Shown here piece after piece: positions 56,418-64,000 of a stretch of DNA of 64,000 bases. Below the pieces are notes generated by a model. It was not told the DNA's origin, ran no database searches, and worked only from the letters and a program-made list of their open reading frames with translations. How positions within the stretch are numbered: the first letter of the stretch is position 1; each line of letters begins with the position of its first letter. This stretch comes from Fidelibacterota bacterium. GTDB taxonomy: Bacteria > Fidelibacterota > Marinisomatia > Marinisomatales > S15-B10. The position numbers were made by a program, and so were the translations under genes. Location of the stretch: NCBI GenBank assembly GCA_046861655.1, contig JBHIAI010000002.1, forward strand, positions 41,873 through 105,872. Reading direction: 5' to 3'.

Positions 56418-57190
56418 GACAACACAAACCGCTCCTGTTCGCCCTCGGCGTGTGGATTCTACTCCCTGGAGCGTCTCCACGACAGTCGGCGAAAGACCTT
56501 CCTACCGGAGACGACATCGTTGCCCGTGTGAACGAGATCATGTCCCCCGTCAGTAGCAAGGCAGTGGCAACCCAGACTATCCAAACGTCCTCGGGAGACT
56601 CCCGGACCTTTGAATTCGAGATGTTCTCCGCCAACCGGGGAGAAAAGACGCTCATCCGCTACGTGAAACCCGCCAGGATCCGGGGACAGGCCTTCCTGAT
56701 GCTGAATCACGCGGACGACATCTGGGCGTTTTTCCCCCGGACACAGCGGGTCCGGAAACTGGCGTCCCATGCCAAAAAACAGAAGGTACAGGGGAGCGAT
56801 TTCACCTATGAGGACATCGGTTCCGGCGAGGCCTGGATCCGGCAGTTCAAAGCCAGTAATCTGGGCGAGACAGACTACCAGGACCAACCCTGCTGGAAGA
56901 TCGAGCTCAAGGGGTTACCCAACCAAGATGCTTCCTACGAGAAGATCGTGATGTGGGTGAGGAAAAAAGACCACTTTCCGCTTTACCTGGAGTACTACGA
57001 ACCCGGAACCACTCTTCGGAAGACCTTGATTATGGAGGATATCCAGGTCATCGAAAACATTCCCACAGCCCGGAGAATGGTCATGCGGAATCGTCTGGAT
57101 CATACGGAAACGATCCTGTCTCTGGTTTCCGTGACCTACTCGTGGGAACCTCCTCCCGGTTTCTTCTCCGAGAGGAATCTCAAAAGGTGA
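56414..57190 (+). CDS. Outer-membrane lipoprotein-sorting (LolA-like) periplasmic protein
   Basis: Signal peptide; P.RIRGQAFL, DDIWAFFP..QRVRKL, GSDFTYED, FSERNL. Confidence 0.85.
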   Translation: MRQHKPLLFALGVWILLPGASPRQSAKDLPTGDDIVARVNEIMSPVSSKAVATQTIQTSSGDSRTFEFEMFSANRGEKTLIRYVKPARIRGQAFLMLNHADDIWAFFPRTQRVRKLASHAKKQKVQGSDFTYEDIGSGEAWIRQFKASNLGETDYQDQPCWKIELKGLPNQDASYEKIVMWVRKKDHFPLYLEYYEPGTTLRKTLIMEDIQVIENIPTARRMVMRNRLDHTETILSLVSVTYSWEPPPGFFSERNLKR

Positions 57191-58362
57191 TCCCTGGCAT
57201 CAAAGCCCCGGCCTTCACGGTTCTCATCCTTTGTGGATTCCTGTTCGCCCAGCCCCGATTCTCCGGTTACTTTGAGTCCGAATTGGACCAGGTGCGTTCC
57301 CGGGGGACCGACTATGTCTTCGGGTACACCAAGATTCGCCTGGATCTTGAGGCCCGGCCCGTTGAAAAAGCTGTTCTCCGGGCTAATGTCAACGTACAAC
57401 GCTTCCATGGACAGGAAAGGTGGGACTTGTTCGACTTTCTTCCCCGACGGATCACCGATCCTCTCATTGCGGATGGGTTGACTGACTTTCCCTTTGAACT
57501 CCCGGACACCCTGTATCTGGACAACGTCTACCTGAAAGTATCTTTCCCGGCCTATGATCTCACTCTGGGGAAGCAGCAGCTCTCCCTGGGGACAGGGTAT
57601 GCCTGGAACCCTCTGGATATCTTCAACCGCAAGGAGCTATTGGATCCCAGCTACGAACAGACGGGCGTGGAGGCTGTCCGTATGGAGGTACCTCTGGCCA
57701 GGCGTTTGCTAGTGGACCTCATCGTGGCACCCCAGGGAACCTGGGACCAATGGACTCGACTGATCCGGGCCAAGGTCGGTGTGGGGAGATTCGATCTTAC
57801 CGCCACGGCCGGTTCGTTCCAGTGGATCCGCACCGGTCTTGATCCAGCAACCTACCGGAACTCACCCCTGGTCCGGAATCGAACCCTGGTGGGTTGGGCT
57901 GCCGTGGGGGAATGGCTGAACTGGGGAATCTGGACGGAGGGAGGGTGGAATACCATGGAGGAAGACGACCCATTCCTGGAGGTCCTTTTGGGGGTCGATC
58001 ATACCTTTGATTTCTCCACCTATCTGCTGATGGAGGCCTATCACAGCGGCAGTGCCGTTTCCCGGAAGGACCGTCTTCAACTGGACGATTACCTCAGTTA
58101 TTTCGTGGGCCAGACCCACAGCCTGATGCGGGATTATCTTTTTCTGTACGTCCGTCATCCCTTTACCGATCTTCTCACCGCCGGGCTATTCGGCATTGCC
58201 AACCTGAACGATGACAGTACCGTTTTTAGTCCTCTGCTGGAATACAGCCTCCTGGAGAATGTGATAGTGAGTCTCCTGGCAAGCGGGTCCCGGGGGGATA
58301 AGGATTCCGAATTCGGCCTTCAGGATTGGGGCCTGCGCCTGAGGGTACGAGCTTACTATTGA
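57187..58362 (+). CDS. Outer-membrane beta-barrel protein of a LolA-like/MMPL cassette
   Basis: GTG overlaps the upstream stop; LTLGKQQLSLGTGYAWNPLDIFN, GVEAVR, SEFG; terminal RVRAYY. Confidence 0.7.
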   Translation: MIPGIKAPAFTVLILCGFLFAQPRFSGYFESELDQVRSRGTDYVFGYTKIRLDLEARPVEKAVLRANVNVQRFHGQERWDLFDFLPRRITDPLIADGLTDFPFELPDTLYLDNVYLKVSFPAYDLTLGKQQLSLGTGYAWNPLDIFNRKELLDPSYEQTGVEAVRMEVPLARRLLVDLIVAPQGTWDQWTRLIRAKVGVGRFDLTATAGSFQWIRTGLDPATYRNSPLVRNRTLVGWAAVGEWLNWGIWTEGGWNTMEEDDPFLEVLLGVDHTFDFSTYLLMEAYHSGSAVSRKDRLQLDDYLSYFVGQTHSLMRDYLFLYVRHPFTDLLTAGLFGIANLNDDSTVFSPLLEYSLLENVIVSLLASGSRGDKDSEFGLQDWGLRLRVRAYY

Positions 58363-58498
58363 CGAAGTGGCAAATGGCCAGAGAATAAGATACAGAGATG
58401 GAGAATTGGAGAAATCGATTGGTTGAATTCGTAATGCCTGATTCGAAGCTCCTAACCCCTAACTCCCAACTCCTGGCACATAACCCATAACATTCACC

Positions 58499-59167
58499 AT
58501 GAGCACCTACGTCCTCATGCGAATCCTCGAGTCTGTGCCCAGCCGGTACGACGCGGGTATCCGTCTTCTTACGCTGGGCAAACTGAATAAGGCCTACACC
58601 AGCCTTGTGTCCCATATCCACGAGGGAGACCGCGTGCTCGATATAGGGTGTGGCACAGGAGCTTTGACCCTGCTGGCCGCGAAACAGGGGGCGAAAGTGA
58701 AAGGGATAGATACCAATAGCGGAATGCTTGAGATTGCCCAAAACCGGGTTGCTGAGCTGAAATTGAAGGATCGGGTGGAACTGGCGGAGATGGGAGTCGC
58801 CGAGTTGAGCGAGGAACCCTCCCGGTTTTATGATGCCGTGGTGAGTGGACTGTGCTTTTCCGAACTCAGTGAAGACGAACGTCGTTATGCTCTAAAGGAA
58901 ATAAGAGAAACTCTGAAGGCCGGCGGCTTGTTGATGATCGCTGACGAGGTCGTGCCGGCCACCCGGTGGAAGAGATTCCTGAACGCCTTTTTGAGAACGC
59001 CTCTGGTGCTGATTGCGTACGTGGTCAGCCAGTCCGTCACCCATCCGGTGAAAAACCTCCTGGAGATTGTCACGGACTCAGGCTTCCACCTGAAGTCGGT
59101 CCACCTGTCACACCTCGGCAATTTTCTGGAACTGGTGGCCGAGAACACGCCGGGTCCCCAGGGATGA
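58499..59167 (+). CDS. Class I SAM methyltransferase, corrinoid protein-associated (CpaM-like)
   Basis: MSTYVLMRILES.PSRYD.GI..LTLG, VLDIGCGTG, GID, FSELS..E, GG...IADE; overlaps the HgcAB-like start. Confidence 0.75.
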   Translation: MSTYVLMRILESVPSRYDAGIRLLTLGKLNKAYTSLVSHIHEGDRVLDIGCGTGALTLLAAKQGAKVKGIDTNSGMLEIAQNRVAELKLKDRVELAEMGVAELSEEPSRFYDAVVSGLCFSELSEDERRYALKEIRETLKAGGLLMIADEVVPATRWKRFLNAFLRTPLVLIAYVVSQSVTHPVKNLLEIVTDSGFHLKSVHLSHLGNFLELVAENTPGPQG

Positions 59168-60333
59168 ATCCCCTGACCTATTTCTTGGTCAACGTCGGGG
59201 AGACACTCCTCCGCATGCTGCCCATCCGCAGCCGAACCGGCGTAATCAGAGTAGGAAATCCCGGGAGGGATTCCCCGGTTTTGGTGACCGGAAACTATCA
59301 CCTCACCGTTCAGCGTGTCCGTAAGGCCCTGGAGGGATTGGACGCATTTCTTCTTGTTGCCAATGCCAGAGGTGTCAACGTTTGGTGCGCCGCCACGGGA
59401 GGATTGTTCACCCATCACGACGTCATCTCTGTTCTCAAAACCAGTGGGATCGAAAACCTGGTGGGCCACAGGGAAGTCATCTTGCCCCAGCTGGCCGCAA
59501 CCGGCATTGAGCGGAAGTTGATTCGCCGAAAGACAGGCTGGAAACCGGTCTGGGGTCCGGTAGAAGCCAGGGATATTCCCGCTTTCTTGATGGACCGGAC
59601 TGGATTAACAGGCGAGATAGGGCAGGTTGCGTTCCCTCTCCTTCGTCGCATGGAAATGGCGGTGGCCTGGGCATTTCCCATTTCTGCCGTTCTGGGGATA
59701 CTCTTCGCAATATTCTGGCAGCAGGGGATCCTGCCGGCGGTGGGACTCACCTGGAGTCTTTCCATCCTGATTTTTCTGTCATTCCCGCTGTACAGCCGGT
59801 GGTTGAACCCCAGAACCTCACGGGTGGGATTTGTCTTGTTTGATTTTGGCCGGGGGGGGATACAGCTGGTCATAGGGGTCCTCCTTCTGGTGGGTCTGGC
59901 CGGGGTGGGTTTTCTGACGGGTCAGTTAAGCTGGGGATTCATGGGACGTTGGGGACTTATGTCACTGGGTGTGGACGTGCTCTTGAGCATGGATCTCATG
60001 GGGAGCACGCCTGTCTATAAGAGCGGCTTGCACAAAGACAGGTGGCTTGAAGTAGGTCTGGATGAAGAGAAATGCCGGGGAGCGGGATTCTGTGAGCAGG
60101 TCTGCCCTCGGAATTGCTACGAGGTGGATCAGGTCCGGCACAAGGCCGCCCGCCCCCGGGCAGACCTGTGTGTGCAGTGCGGTGCCTGCATCGTGCAGTG
60201 TCCCTTTGACGCCCTCTATTTCGAAACGCCTGATGGGAGTGTTATTCCACCCGCGACCATCCGGCAATTCAAGCTGAACCTGCTGGGAAAGCGGAGGGTG
60301 AACATTCGGGGAGATGGGACCCATGAGAGATAA
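59164..60333 (+). CDS. Fused HgcAB-like protein: CdhE/CFeSP corrinoid-binding domain + TM bundle + 2[4Fe-4S] ferredoxin
   Basis: GNP...SPVLVTGNY.LT, GVNVWCAATGG, ILPQLAATG, WGPV.A.DIP; 4-5 TMs; CRGAGFCEQVCP and CVQCGACIVQCP. Confidence 0.85.
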   Translation: MNPLTYFLVNVGETLLRMLPIRSRTGVIRVGNPGRDSPVLVTGNYHLTVQRVRKALEGLDAFLLVANARGVNVWCAATGGLFTHHDVISVLKTSGIENLVGHREVILPQLAATGIERKLIRRKTGWKPVWGPVEARDIPAFLMDRTGLTGEIGQVAFPLLRRMEMAVAWAFPISAVLGILFAIFWQQGILPAVGLTWSLSILIFLSFPLYSRWLNPRTSRVGFVLFDFGRGGIQLVIGVLLLVGLAGVGFLTGQLSWGFMGRWGLMSLGVDVLLSMDLMGSTPVYKSGLHKDRWLEVGLDEEKCRGAGFCEQVCPRNCYEVDQVRHKAARPRADLCVQCGACIVQCPFDALYFETPDGSVIPPATIRQFKLNLLGKRRVNIRGDGTHER

Positions 60334-63073
60334 ACTTCTCGTGAAACTCGCACATTGGGCTGTCTTTAGGACTGTCCGTGTTCTGGGTATAGTGATGGTC
60401 CTGACCGTGGTGTTCGGAGGACTGGCCAGCCGGATCCAGATCTCTCCCAAGTGGTCGGATATGTTGCCAGCCGGGGATAAACGGACGCTGGAGTTTGACC
60501 GTATTCTGGATGAATTCGTCTCCGCCTCCAGCATCGTGATCGTGGTGCAGGGGGAAGAGGACCGCATCAAAGCCTTCGCCGACGCCCTGGCGCCCAGGCT
60601 CCTGAAGGCTCTCCCCATTCCTCCCGGAGGGAGTCCCCACGGGACCGGAAAAGAATCGGAGAACCGGGTGTTCATCCGTAGGGTGGACTACAAGCAGGAA
60701 GTGGACTTCCTCCGACAGCACGGCTTGATGATCATGCCCCAGGAAGACCTGGAAAACGTAAACACCATCTTTGACGATCCGAACCTGATTCCGTTTCTAA
60801 CCCATCTAAACGATAGTTTTGAGAAGGAGTATATCCAGGGGAAGGAAGCTCTGAGTACCCGGGAGAAGGAGGACCGGGCCTACGGATTCCTGCAGGGAAT
60901 TGAAAACTGGCTGCGCTTGATGGAATCCTACCTATCTGGAAGCCAGGTATCTTCCTCGGCCATGGAGACAACCGTTCAGGAATTCTTGCTGGGAGAACCG
61001 TACTTCATCTCGTACGACCGCGAGGCCCTTATCATGAATGCGATCCCGAATTTCAGCATGATGGACACCGATTTGATGATCCAGGGGACGGAGGCCGTTC
61101 AGGCCGTGGTGGATGAAACCCTTAAGGAGTTTCCCCATGTTCGTGCAGGACTCACAGGTGCTATTCCCCTTGGGCATGACGAGATGGTCTACGGGATGGA
61201 AGGACTCCAGGTTACGTCCACTCTGGCCCTTGTGGCCATTGTGATTCTACTCATAATGGCCTTCCGGATGTGGATGGCCCCTCTTCTTGCAGGGCTTAAT
61301 CTGGTGGTGGGACTGATCTGGGCGGCCGGAGTGGCCTCACTGTTCGTTCCCGTTCTGAACATCATGACTGCCATGTTCGTGGTGGTTCTTCTGGGCCTGG
61401 GGATCGATTTCTCCATCCACATCATCGCAAGCTTCAGCGAAATGCGGGCACTGGGTCTCCCAGTGGATCAGGCAATGCGTGAGGGACTCCTCAAGTCGGG
61501 CAAGGGGGTGATGACGGGTGCCGTGACCACCGCTTGCGCCTTTTTCGCCCTCCTCATCGGAGATTCCCGGGCGATGAGCGAGATGGGACTGGTCACCGGT
61601 CTGGGCCTTCTGGGGGTGGGAGCTTCCACCTTCGCCCTGCTCCCCGCTCTCCTGGTTGTCCGGGAAAGGGTGAAAGAGCGGCTCGGCGGGAAGGACCGGG
61701 CCGGGGAACCTGAGGTGCGGGATATCTCCTTTGCCTTCCTGGGGAGAACCGCCAGGACTCTCCAGAACCGGTTCATCCTAGCTTCGGTTGGAGCCGGTGT
61801 GGTGTCCGCGTTCCTTATCTGGTCGGCTTCCCGGATCACCTTCGACTACAATTACATGAATATCGAGCCCAAAGGGATTCCCAGCGTCACCCTCCAGGAT
61901 ACGGTTCTGGACAAGTTTGATCTCAGCATGGACTTTGCCTACCTGATTGCTGAAAGCGTGGACGAATCGCGTAGACTGTCCAAGGCGGCGAAACGATACG
62001 GTTCTGTTGCCCTGGTGGAGGACATTTCCCTGTACCTCCCTTCCTCCGAAGAGCAACTCCGGAAGCGTCCTCTCATTGAGGACATCCGCCGGAGGATGTC
62101 CCGGTCATCCGTTCTACCCCTTCGAGGACATCAGGACCTGCCGTATCTGAAAACGGAACTGGACAGGCTGAAAATGAACATCATGGAATTGCAGGATCTT
62201 GCCTTTCTGGGGGGTCAGGACAAGGTGTTCCGTCAGTGCGCCGACCTTGTGGGGGACTCTGATAGCGTCCCCGAAAGCACCGTTTTCGGCCGTCTGGATG
62301 TTTACCTCTCAGGTGCAAAAGATCCGTTGATGGGGTTGGAGAGGTTTCAGAACGATTTCGGTGATGCGTTCCGGACGCAGGTGATAGACCTGGCCAATCC
62401 CGAGACCGTTGAACTGGACAGCCTGCCTCCCTCCATCATGGGGCGGTATGCCAACCGGGAACGCGATCTATTCCTGGTCACCGTCCTTCCGGGGGACAAC
62501 ATCTGGCAGGATGCCCGGTTCCTGAAGCGTTTTACTGAGGATCTGTCTGGCATCAGTCCCCGGGCTACAGGCTTCCCCCCTGTGTTCAGGGCCCTCGTGG
62601 AGATCATCGGAAGGGATGGACGCAACGCCGCCATACTGACCCTGTTTGTGGTTTTTGCTCTGCTATGGATAGATTACCGACATCCGGGTCATGCCCTCAT
62701 GGCCATGACCCCTCTGGCGGCTGGACTGGTGTGGATGGTAGGAATCATGAGTCTGGCCGGGAAGCAGCTGGACGTGGTAAACATCATGGGGATTCCTTTG
62801 ATTCTGGGGATCGGAGTGGATGATGGGGTCCACATCGTTCATCGCTGGAGGCGGGAAGGGAAAGGGTCCGCCCGGATCGTCTTTGCGAGTACAGGAAAAG
62901 CCATCTTTTTGACTTCTCTGACCACCATGATGGCTTTTGGATCTCTCATCTTTTCGGTATGGCGAGGATACGGAAGCCTCGGTCTCGCCCTCTTTATTGG
63001 TGTGGGTGCGTGTTTTCTGACCACGGTGGTCATTCTGCCTGCCCTCATTGGATGGTTGGAGAAAAAGGGGTAA
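60323..63073 (+). CDS. MMPL/RND family lipid transporter (HpnN-like)
   Basis: Two repeats with GLGIDFSIH and GIGVDDGVH; TGAVTTACAF and TSLTTMMAFGSL; large periplasmic loops. Confidence 0.88.
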   Translation: MRDKLLVKLAHWAVFRTVRVLGIVMVLTVVFGGLASRIQISPKWSDMLPAGDKRTLEFDRILDEFVSASSIVIVVQGEEDRIKAFADALAPRLLKALPIPPGGSPHGTGKESENRVFIRRVDYKQEVDFLRQHGLMIMPQEDLENVNTIFDDPNLIPFLTHLNDSFEKEYIQGKEALSTREKEDRAYGFLQGIENWLRLMESYLSGSQVSSSAMETTVQEFLLGEPYFISYDREALIMNAIPNFSMMDTDLMIQGTEAVQAVVDETLKEFPHVRAGLTGAIPLGHDEMVYGMEGLQVTSTLALVAIVILLIMAFRMWMAPLLAGLNLVVGLIWAAGVASLFVPVLNIMTAMFVVVLLGLGIDFSIHIIASFSEMRALGLPVDQAMREGLLKSGKGVMTGAVTTACAFFALLIGDSRAMSEMGLVTGLGLLGVGASTFALLPALLVVRERVKERLGGKDRAGEPEVRDISFAFLGRTARTLQNRFILASVGAGVVSAFLIWSASRITFDYNYMNIEPKGIPSVTLQDTVLDKFDLSMDFAYLIAESVDESRRLSKAAKRYGSVALVEDISLYLPSSEEQLRKRPLIEDIRRRMSRSSVLPLRGHQDLPYLKTELDRLKMNIMELQDLAFLGGQDKVFRQCADLVGDSDSVPESTVFGRLDVYLSGAKDPLMGLERFQNDFGDAFRTQVIDLANPETVELDSLPPSIMGRYANRERDLFLVTVLPGDNIWQDARFLKRFTEDLSGISPRATGFPPVFRALVEIIGRDGRNAAILTLFVVFALLWIDYRHPGHALMAMTPLAAGLVWMVGIMSLAGKQLDVVNIMGIPLILGIGVDDGVHIVHRWRREGKGSARIVFASTGKAIFLTSLTTMMAFGSLIFSVWRGYGSLGLALFIGVGACFLTTVVILPALIGWLEKKG

Positions 63074-63121
63074 GGATATTCGGTTGCAGTTTTCCCGCGG
63101 CCGTTAGTATCATTGACCCCT

Positions 63122-64000
63122 ATGGGGGGCACTAAGAAGCACATCATCCTTTTTTCCCTGGTCCTGTGGGCGTTCTTCTGGTATTCGTGCACCCGGGTTG
63201 CCGTTCCGGCCCATCGAGTTGCTTCAGGCAAGAACGGGGTGGTGGTTTCGTCGCACCCTCTGGCCTCGGAGATTGGCCTGAAGGTTCTAAGAAACGGAGG
63301 CAACGCCGTGGACGCGGCTGTGGCCACGGGACTGGCCCTGGGGGTAGTGGATCAATTCAACTCCGGACTGGGAGGAGGAGGCTTCATGGTCATCCGGATG
63401 GGGGATGGCGCCATCTATACCGTAGACGGCCGGGAAATGGCCCCCATGGCGGCTCACCGTGATATGTTTTTGAGGGATGGGGAGTACCGGCCCCATCTGA
63501 GTCGTCGTGGACCCCTTGCCGTGGGGGTACCAGGGCTTCTGGCACTCTACGGACTGGCCCTGGAGCTGGCAGGAACCCGCCCCCTGGCGGAATTGATCGA
63601 ACCGTCCATCACGGTAGCCAGGGAGGGGTTTGCGCTGGATAGCTATTATGTGTCCCGGTATACGGATGTGGCAGATGAATTGCGGAAAGATCCGGCCTCT
63701 TCCCTCATCTATTTCCGGTCCGACGGCTCCCTCCTTAGAGAGGGAAACATTCTCAGGCAACCCGACCTGGCGGACACATACCGGCGGATTGCCGAGGAGG
63801 GGGTGGACTATTTCTACCGGGGCGAGTTCGCCCGGGAGCTGGCTGCTTTCATGGCTTCGGTGGGAGGCCTTATCACTGAAGAGGATATGGCGCGGTACCA
63901 GGCGGTGGTAAGAGACCCCGTGGTGGGACGTTACAACGATGTGACCGTGATGGGCATGGGCCCGCCAAGCTCCGGAGGCGTTCACGTGATTGAGATCCTC
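63122..64000 (+). CDS. ggt: Gamma-glutamyltransferase (3'-truncated by window end)
   Basis: Read manually: MGGTKKHIIL...GVVVSSHPLASEIGLKVLRNGGNAVDAAVA...SGLGGGGF...DGREMAP...GVPG...PPSSGG. Confidence 0.92.
   Translation, partial: MGGTKKHIILFSLVLWAFFWYSCTRVAVPAHRVASGKNGVVVSSHPLASEIGLKVLRNGGNAVDAAVATGLALGVVDQFNSGLGGGGFMVIRMGDGAIYTVDGREMAPMAAHRDMFLRDGEYRPHLSRRGPLAVGVPGLLALYGLALELAGTRPLAELIEPSITVAREGFALDSYYVSRYTDVADELRKDPASSLIYFRSDGSLLREGNILRQPDLADTYRRIAEEGVDYFYRGEFARELAAFMASVGGLITEEDMARYQAVVRDPVVGRYNDVTVMGMGPPSSGGVHVIEIL

Noticed and set aside
59164..60333. Bona fide hgcA/hgcB mercury methylation genes
   Set aside because: Fused architecture, non-canonical cap helix and no HgcB terminal cysteines; activity cannot be inferred.
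1..64000. CRISPR array, prophage, IS transposase, tRNA/rRNA
   Set aside because: No regularly spaced direct repeats, cas, integrase or transposase motifs, or tRNA/rRNA-like segments were recognised by eye.

Overview
64-kb window of a GC-rich bacterial chromosome. The gene style suggests an FCB-group organism such as Ca. Marinimicrobia/Fidelibacterota, which is an inference only. It is densely coding (about 55 genes), and I could recognise no rRNA, tRNA, CRISPR array or transposase. Top highlight: a tightly coupled operon at 4518-12842, preceded by a near-consensus sigma70 promoter. It encodes a Na+-type MotA/MotB stator, a remodelled FliF-like ring protein (RBM3/beta-collar only, long coiled coil, FliG-binding tail) and a shortened FliG with a degenerate FliM-binding motif. 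These sit with three envelope proteins (Ig-like, CpoB-like TPR, beta-barrel+coiled coil+TPR) and a DUF481-like barrel, with no other flagellar, export or chemotaxis gene in the window. This is a candidate non-flagellar rotary motor. Second highlight: a SAM methyltransferase plus fused HgcAB-like corrinoid/Fe-S membrane protein inside a TetR-LolA-like-barrel-MMPL lipid-transport cassette. Also present: a UGA-recoded DUF3179 selenoprotein (UPLC), a complete purine operon (PurQ fused to tandem PurS-like domains, class II PurE, a GxxExxY insertion), a cupredoxin-diheme cytochrome c fusion, aromatic amino-acid catabolic genes, several REP-like palindromes and structured intergenic segments. All family assignments come from motif recognition by eye; no searches were run.
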